Program-made: the position numbers and the translations under genes
In this document: in pieces, positions 58,533 to 64,000 of the stretch
Layout: each line of letters starts with the position of its first letter
Position numbering within the stretch: position 1 is the stretch's first letter
Assembly: GCA_963665125.2 (NCBI GenBank)
Contig: CAXXUK010000001.1
Location: forward strand, 928,001-992,000
Length of the DNA: 64,000 bases
Source: an uncultured Desulfarculus sp.
Lineage (GTDB): Bacteria > Desulfobacterota > Desulfarculia > Desulfarculales > Desulfarculaceae
Direction: 5' to 3'
The notes under the pieces: generated by a model
What the model saw: only the letters and a program-made list of their open reading frames with translations
Database searches by the model: none
Told to the model about the DNA's origin: nothing

Positions 58533-58548
58533 AGCAACTGTTGTGCCG
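58533..58548 (-). promoter_or_regulatory. sigma54 (-24/-12) promoter
   Basis: Minus strand CGGCACAACAGTTGCT (GG-N10-GC), about 57 bp upstream of the FeS gene. Confidence 0.7.
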
Positions 58549-58740
58549 AAATCGAAAAGTGTGGCGCAAGGTGGATAACATCTTGTCATACAAGACATTA
58601 TGCCCTACTTGGTGGACGGGGCGCAAGCCATGGCCAAGCTATTGTGTTAATGATATCGTTAACTGTTAACGTGATGGTTAAGGAGAAGTTGAAATTGTTA
58701 ATGGCTTAACCGGGAGCCTTAGCCCTAATGCCCAATAAAA

Positions 58741-59963
58741 TGTCCTAGTCGAGAAAAGCGTTGACAGGTCAAGGTCCTAGCTGAAGGAGCCATGGCCTTC
58801 CGGTTAAGATGGTTCAAGCCAAAAGAAACATCTTAATTGAAAGGAAGGACCATGACTCAATCGCAGTATATCATCAACCGCAAGCTCAATATTCTGGAGT
58901 TGGGCCAGGCTCTGGGAAACATCTCCGAGGCCTGCCGCAAGCTGGGCATCAGCCGCCAGCACTATTACGACATCAAGCAAGCCATCGATGAAGAAGGTCT
59001 GGAAGGGCTCTTGGAGAAGAGCCGCCGTGTGCCCAGGATCGGCAACCGTGTGGCCCCTGAGATAGAGCAAAAAGTGCTGGATTATTCTTTACAGTTTCCC
59101 ACCCACGGACAGACGAGGGTGGCCAACGAACTGAAGAAAATCGGTATCCAGGTCAGCGCCGGAGGCATCCGCAGCATCTGGCAGCGGCACGATCTGACGC
59201 TAAAGGCCCAGCGCCTCAAGCGCCTGGAGAAATGGGCGGCGGAAAACACCGAGGTGCTCACCGAATCCCAGGTCCAAGCCTTGGAGAACGCCAAGCAGGA
59301 AAAAGAAGCCCACGGCGAGGTGGAAAGCCCTCATCCCGGCTTTTTGGTGGCCCAGGACACCTGCTATGTGGGCATTATCAAGGGCATAGGCCGCATCTAC
59401 CAGCAAACGGCCATCGACACCCACGGCAGCCATGGTTTTGCCAAGGTTTATCGTGAAAAGACGGCCCTGACCGCCGCCGACCTGCTCAACGACAGGGTGC
59501 TGCCCTTTTACGACCACCACGGCATCAGGGTGCACCGGGTGCTCACCGACAATGGCCCGGAGCTGTGCGGTCGTCAGGACAGCCACCCCTACGAGCTATT
59601 TCTGCACCTAAACGACATCGAGCACACCAGAACCAAGGTGCGCCATCCCCAGACCAACGGAGCGGTGGAGCGGCTCCACCAGACCATCCAAAATGAATTC
59701 TATGAGGTGGCCTTCCGGAAAAAGCTGTACCGCACGCTGGATGAAATCCAGGCCGACCTGGACGCCTTCATGACCTACTACAACACCGAACGGACCCACC
59801 AGGGCCGCTATTGCCAGGGGCGCACCCCTTTCCAGACCTTTACCGACGGCCTGGAACTGTATCAAAGGCATGTCCATGAAGGGATAGAAATAGACGACGC
59901 GGCGTAGTAACCTAAGCCATCTGCCGGAAGGCCAAACTGTCAACGCAATTACTGACTAGGACA
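58741..59963 (+). mobile_element. IS481-family insertion sequence, intact (1223 bp)
   Basis: Terminal IRs TGTCCTAGTC-N7-GCGTTGACAG at both ends. Flanking direct repeat AATAAAA at 58734-58740 and 59964-59970. Confidence 0.93.
58852..59907 (+). CDS. IS481-family DDE transposase
   Basis: HTH NISEACRKLGISRQHYY and rve triad AQDT / LTDNG / NGAVER. Confidence 0.95.
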   Translation: MTQSQYIINRKLNILELGQALGNISEACRKLGISRQHYYDIKQAIDEEGLEGLLEKSRRVPRIGNRVAPEIEQKVLDYSLQFPTHGQTRVANELKKIGIQVSAGGIRSIWQRHDLTLKAQRLKRLEKWAAENTEVLTESQVQALENAKQEKEAHGEVESPHPGFLVAQDTCYVGIIKGIGRIYQQTAIDTHGSHGFAKVYREKTALTAADLLNDRVLPFYDHHGIRVHRVLTDNGPELCGRQDSHPYELFLHLNDIEHTRTKVRHPQTNGAVERLHQTIQNEFYEVAFRKKLYRTLDEIQADLDAFMTYYNTERTHQGRYCQGRTPFQTFTDGLELYQRHVHEGIEIDDAA

Positions 59964-60055
59964 AATAAAACCTCAAGTGAGGGCGATATACCCGTGCCGT
60001 TGGCAGGTCGTCGAAAAAAGGCAGTCATGGCTTTTCCCAGCGACCTGTCAAATGC

Positions 60056-60325
60056 TTACGGCGCGGGCGTTACTATCTCCACAGTCACTTTGGTATTTGT
60101 TTTCTCGCTGATTCTGGCGCTGATGATACTATAAGTGTCGCTGGTTATGGTGAACCTTGTGTATTGCTTGGTATAGTCGTCACTCTGCTCCTGATTACAT
60201 GATGTGACTTTGACAAAGTGGTTGCAATCGCCTCTGGCCGTGGGAGTTTGGATCAACGCGCCGGTGGTCATGCCGGCACCGAAAACGATAAGTAACACAA
60301 TAATCAACCCGATTTTTCTTGCCAC
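60056..60325 (-). CDS. Small exported hypothetical protein
   Basis: AAGGAG SD, GTG start and signal-peptide-like N-terminus. Confidence 0.5.
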   Translation of the reverse strand: MARKIGLIIVLLIVFGAGMTTGALIQTPTARGDCNHFVKVTSCNQEQSDDYTKQYTRFTITSDTYSIISARISEKTNTKVTVEIVTPAP

Positions 60326-60656
60326 GCCGTTTGCTCCTTTTAATCGTTCCGAGGCTGGATTACACGGCCCGGCAGCAACATGATAACGCGCCGTTTTCCG
60401 TGATCAAGAAAGTGTTGATATTCATTTGGGCGCCGCTGTCAAGCGGGATTGCCTGGCTTTTCCGGCTAGGCGTGGGCGGTAGGCTTGATGAGAACGGACG
60501 GGACCACTGCCGCCGGCGACCGGCTCGTGCACAGACAACGCCCGGGCCATGAAAAATCCGCAACGTAATTTAGTTTTTAGCTTGACTGGGATGCATTAAT
60601 TGTTATCTTCTCAGTAATAAATTCGATTCATCAAACTTCCGTCATAGAGGGACCAA

Positions 60657-61334
60657 TTGCAAACAGCGTTGCACGACGATGAAAAACAACAATTTCTAAG
60701 TCTCTTGCATCAGTTGCGCATCGGCGAGATAGATGAGCGCATGGCCTTGGCCGAGGTGTTCTTCAACTCCGAAGAGCACCATACCGCTGATGGCTGGCGA
60801 AAATTCATGCAGAGGCGCGGCCTAAGTTTTGACTTGGATTTCGTCACCCAGAATCTGGAGTTGCTTGCCAGGTTCGGCATGGCCTATAAACGTGAGTTTG
60901 AAAACGAACCCACCCGTTATGAACACCATCACTTGGGCGAACACCACGACCATATGATCTGCACCTCATGCGGCAAGATTACCGAATTCATGAATCCTGA
61001 ACTGGAGCGTTTGCAGGAAAAATCGGTCTTGGATTACGGATTCCGTCCCTTGAGGCATAGATTGCAAATCTATGGCCTTTGCAGCGAATGCCTGGCCAAG
61101 CGGCCCTCGCTACAGCCGCTTTCGGCAATCGCCTCCGGTGAAAGGGTCCGTGTGGAAAAACTGCCCAAGGGCGAAAGGGCTTCGCGACGCCTGGAATCAA
61201 TGGGAATCAACAAGGGCGCGGAGATGCACGTGCTCTCAGCGGGAAACGGCCCGACAGTCGTGGCGGTAAAAGGTACGCGCCTGGCGCTGGGAAGAGGGGA
61301 GTCTGCCAAGATTATGGTGAGCGTGATTTCCTGA
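60657..61334 (+). CDS. Fur-family regulator fused to a FeoA domain
   Basis: HHDHMICTSCGKITEF and YGLCSEC (Fur), then RRLESMGI..G...GPTVVAVKGTRLALGRG (FeoA). Confidence 0.88.
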   Translation: MQTALHDDEKQQFLSLLHQLRIGEIDERMALAEVFFNSEEHHTADGWRKFMQRRGLSFDLDFVTQNLELLARFGMAYKREFENEPTRYEHHHLGEHHDHMICTSCGKITEFMNPELERLQEKSVLDYGFRPLRHRLQIYGLCSECLAKRPSLQPLSAIASGERVRVEKLPKGERASRRLESMGINKGAEMHVLSAGNGPTVVAVKGTRLALGRGESAKIMVSVIS

Positions 61335-62021
61335 ACCCGAGGCGCTGTATCCTATAGATAGTAAACAAACTTGTTGTTGGGTTAACCATAACGGCAGTAA
61401 GGCGCAGCCTGCTGCCATTATGTTGAATCAATAGTGGTGTTGCGAGAAATTATTCAACCAGCCATCTGCAATGACGATGCTGCTTTTAAAAAAACATCAT
61501 AAGCATAGTCAACAATACCTGTGGGTTACGAACTTACCGGTTTTGTTGGGCTTCGGCCCCTTGAGGCGAATACTTGCGGGGATAATCGCTGAACGATGTT
61601 CATATGTGTTATCAATCGTTTTGCCGGAGATGTGAATTTGAATAACTTGAAAAAAATTAGTTAATGATCGTTTTGGGTTCAACACCGCTGGAAATAAATT
61701 TAACAAAATAAACGACCAAAACACCTGCCGATGCATTGCTTTTTCCCCCAAATTCATTATAAAGTTTTGGCGAAAATTTCCCGCGGGATGGGTTTTCCAC
61801 CATTGCGGCGAAATTGTCGTGTCCCGGTTAAATGCTTGCTCGTTGCGAACCGGTATGACCTGGATGGAGCCCAATCAGATTTCGTCTGTCGCGGCGCCTA
61901 GGAAAAAGCAACTTGTTGGGTTCACTTCAAATCAAGTGAATACGCACAATGTGAACGTTCGGAATTGTGGTGCGTCGGTGAAAAAACACCGGAAAAATGC
62001 ACCTGTTAGAGCTGTTTTTTG

Positions 62022-64000
62022 ATGACCCCCAGGCCCATGGTCTTTTTATTCGTTTTGGCTTGTACTGCTATTGTCGCACCATGGATAAGCAGTCTTGGGG
62101 TAGAATATTTGCTTGGGAGCAATAATTTTACCCAATGTTCAATCCAACAGTTGCTGACTTGGTCCATCTGGTTGACTCTTCTGCTTGCCGCCTTGGCAAT
62201 TATTCCTTTGCAAATTTTTCAGCTGATCCGGTTGCGGCAATTCAACAGGCAATTAAATGCCATTGATGTCGAAACCCCTTCCTTCAGCGCTGCTGAAATA
62301 AACCTAAACAGGACGGCCAAAGCGGTCTATCCGCATTTCGAAAAGATCCTGGGCAGGCTTAAACGCGCAATCTCCAGGGAAAAGGGATTAATCGCGGAGC
62401 TGAACGAGGCGCGCGATTACACGGATCTTTTATTGGAGAGTGTGGGCGAGGCTATCTTGGTCTTTGACGGCCAGGGAAAGCTCCAGGATTTTAATGCAGT
62501 TAGTGAGAGGCTTTTCGGCCTTTCCGCTTATCGGCACATAGGGACGGCGCCGGTTTTTCTGGCCTTGGGAGAAGATGTTTTTTACCAGGTTCTGGACAAG
62601 GTCACCAAGGAAATTTCGCGTAACGGTTATTATCAGGGTGACTTGAGGCTACGGTCCGCCAATGGCGAGTTTATTTATGCCGAAGCTACCGTGGCGCCGG
62701 TCGGCAGCTTTAAAAGCCTGGGCAGAAACCTCTACATTTCAGCAGTGAGAGACGTATCGGCCAGGCACAAGGCCATCAAGGCTTTGGAGGAATCGGAGCA
62801 TCGCTATCGCCTGGTTACTGACGGTTCGCCTTTGGGAATCTATATATATCAGGAAGGAAAGCTGGTTTTTGCGAACCAACGGTTGGCCGCCATGTTGGAT
62901 TCAAACCCTGACGACCTTTTGAAAGGCAACCTGTGGGACTTCTTTGATCCGGCTGACATTCAGGCCATTCAAACCAGAATGTTAAAAAGAACAAAAGCAC
63001 TGCCCGCTGGGACACCTTCCCTGGAGATAAAACTTAAGACTGTAAAAGGCGAAACCAAATGGGTGGAGTTGCAATCAGGCAGCTTTTTGCTTAACGGCAA
63101 GCCCGCCACGATTGGCAACGTGAAGGATATAACCGAGAGCAGGCTAGCCAGGCAGGAGGCCCGCAACAGGTTGCGTGAAATCGAGGTGTTGGGCCGCATC
63201 AGCGCCTTGGCCAACAGGGCCCAGGATTTGGAAACCATGCTCAACAAGGCTGTAGCCGCGATGAACGAAATCGTGGGCCTGCAGGGTGGCTGCGTTTTGC
63301 TGGAGAGCCGATCCGAACAAGCGCTTGTTTTGAAATGCCAAGATAATGCTCCGAACTGGTTGATGGAATACGCCCGTGAACTAGCCGCGACCTACAAACA
63401 ATCAAAACTCCCCGACCGGGGTATTGAATCCTTTCCGGCATCCTATGTCGGTGGTCCGCAAAACACCGCAGCCTGCATTGTTCCTCTCATGAGCGTTGAC
63501 AGACCCGTGGGCTGCCTGCTCATGTGGGGCGAAAAAACGCCTGATCACAACACGGCCCGGTTTATAACCTCAGTCAGCCTGGAACTGGGTGCGACCGTCG
63601 AGAGGCTTCGGCTGGTGGAAGCACTCCAGACCAGTGAACGCAGATACCGCGATTTGTTTGAGAATGCCGGAGACCTGATCGAGGCGGTTGACGATCAGGG
63701 CCGTTATGTCTATGTGAACAAACGCTGGAAGGAAGTGCTGGGCTATACCGAAAGCGAAGTTGAAAATCTGCGTGTAGACGACGTTGTTGATCCCGCTTGG
63801 TTGGATACCTATAAAAAGCTGATCGAGGAGGTAAAGGCAAAGGGTGAAATAGAAAACGCTGAGCTTGTCTATGTTTGTAAGGACGGCGGCCAAGTTCGGG
63901 TTGAAGGCGGCATTACGGCCCGGGTGCGCAACGGCCAGATAGCTTATACACGTTCAATTGTCCGGGATGTGACCACCAACCGCATGCTTCAGGAACATAT
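62022..64000 (+). CDS. Membrane-anchored multi-PAS/GAF sensor protein (3' end outside the window)
   Basis: Not in the ORF track. By my reading the frame stays open from ATG 62022 to the end, with two TM helices, PAS repeats (ESVGEAI, SEHRYR, SERRYRDLFENA...VRDVT) and a GAF-like segment. Confidence 0.85.
   Translation, partial: MTPRPMVFLFVLACTAIVAPWISSLGVEYLLGSNNFTQCSIQQLLTWSIWLTLLLAALAIIPLQIFQLIRLRQFNRQLNAIDVETPSFSAAEINLNRTAKAVYPHFEKILGRLKRAISREKGLIAELNEARDYTDLLLESVGEAILVFDGQGKLQDFNAVSERLFGLSAYRHIGTAPVFLALGEDVFYQVLDKVTKEISRNGYYQGDLRLRSANGEFIYAEATVAPVGSFKSLGRNLYISAVRDVSARHKAIKALEESEHRYRLVTDGSPLGIYIYQEGKLVFANQRLAAMLDSNPDDLLKGNLWDFFDPADIQAIQTRMLKRTKALPAGTPSLEIKLKTVKGETKWVELQSGSFLLNGKPATIGNVKDITESRLARQEARNRLREIEVLGRISALANRAQDLETMLNKAVAAMNEIVGLQGGCVLLESRSEQALVLKCQDNAPNWLMEYARELAATYKQSKLPDRGIESFPASYVGGPQNTAACIVPLMSVDRPVGCLLMWGEKTPDHNTARFITSVSLELGATVERLRLVEALQTSERRYRDLFENAGDLIEAVDDQGRYVYVNKRWKEVLGYTESEVENLRVDDVVDPAWLDTYKKLIEEVKAKGEIENAELVYVCKDGGQVRVEGGITARVRNGQIAYTRSIVRDVTTNRMLQEH

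Noticed and set aside
61509..61874. 121-aa minus-strand ORF
   Set aside because: AT-rich with atypical codon use, no SD and no motif; probably spurious.

Overview
High-GC chromosomal window from an anaerobic bacterium, probably a sulfate-reducing Desulfobacterota/deltaproteobacterium. This is inferred from a DVU0772-type gene, a Tat-exported selenocysteine formate dehydrogenase, a Fur-FeoA fusion and many lipid/acyl-CoA genes. The content is mostly metabolic. In order it holds: a FadR-led operon (alkyl-DHAP-synthase-like, GlpD-like, FGGY kinase); recJ; thyX; a LexA-like S24 peptidase with no DNA-binding domain; a sigma54-driven MCP; a HydC/HydD/HydB (NuoE/NuoF-like) cluster with a sensory [FeFe]-hydrogenase-like, kinase, PHP and DRTGG module but no catalytic HydA; cobUTS; tldD; a Cys-less thiolase-fold/DUF35 pair; an autotransporter whose passenger resembles a polymorphic-toxin domain; glgC; an acyl-CoA dehydrogenase; Sec-FdhAB; a TetR-linked 2-hydroxyacyl-CoA-dehydratase-family pair; an intact IS481-family element; and a PAS sensor running off the right end. 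Non-coding structure includes two inverted copies of a multi-hairpin REP/MITE-like element and a tandem 73-bp structured repeat. I saw no rRNA, tRNA or CRISPR array. The best candidates for something new are the toxin-like autotransporter with no immunity gene, the HydA-less diaphorase/sensor cluster, and the FadR-controlled putative ether-lipid pathway. All family calls come from recognising motifs by eye; no database search was run.
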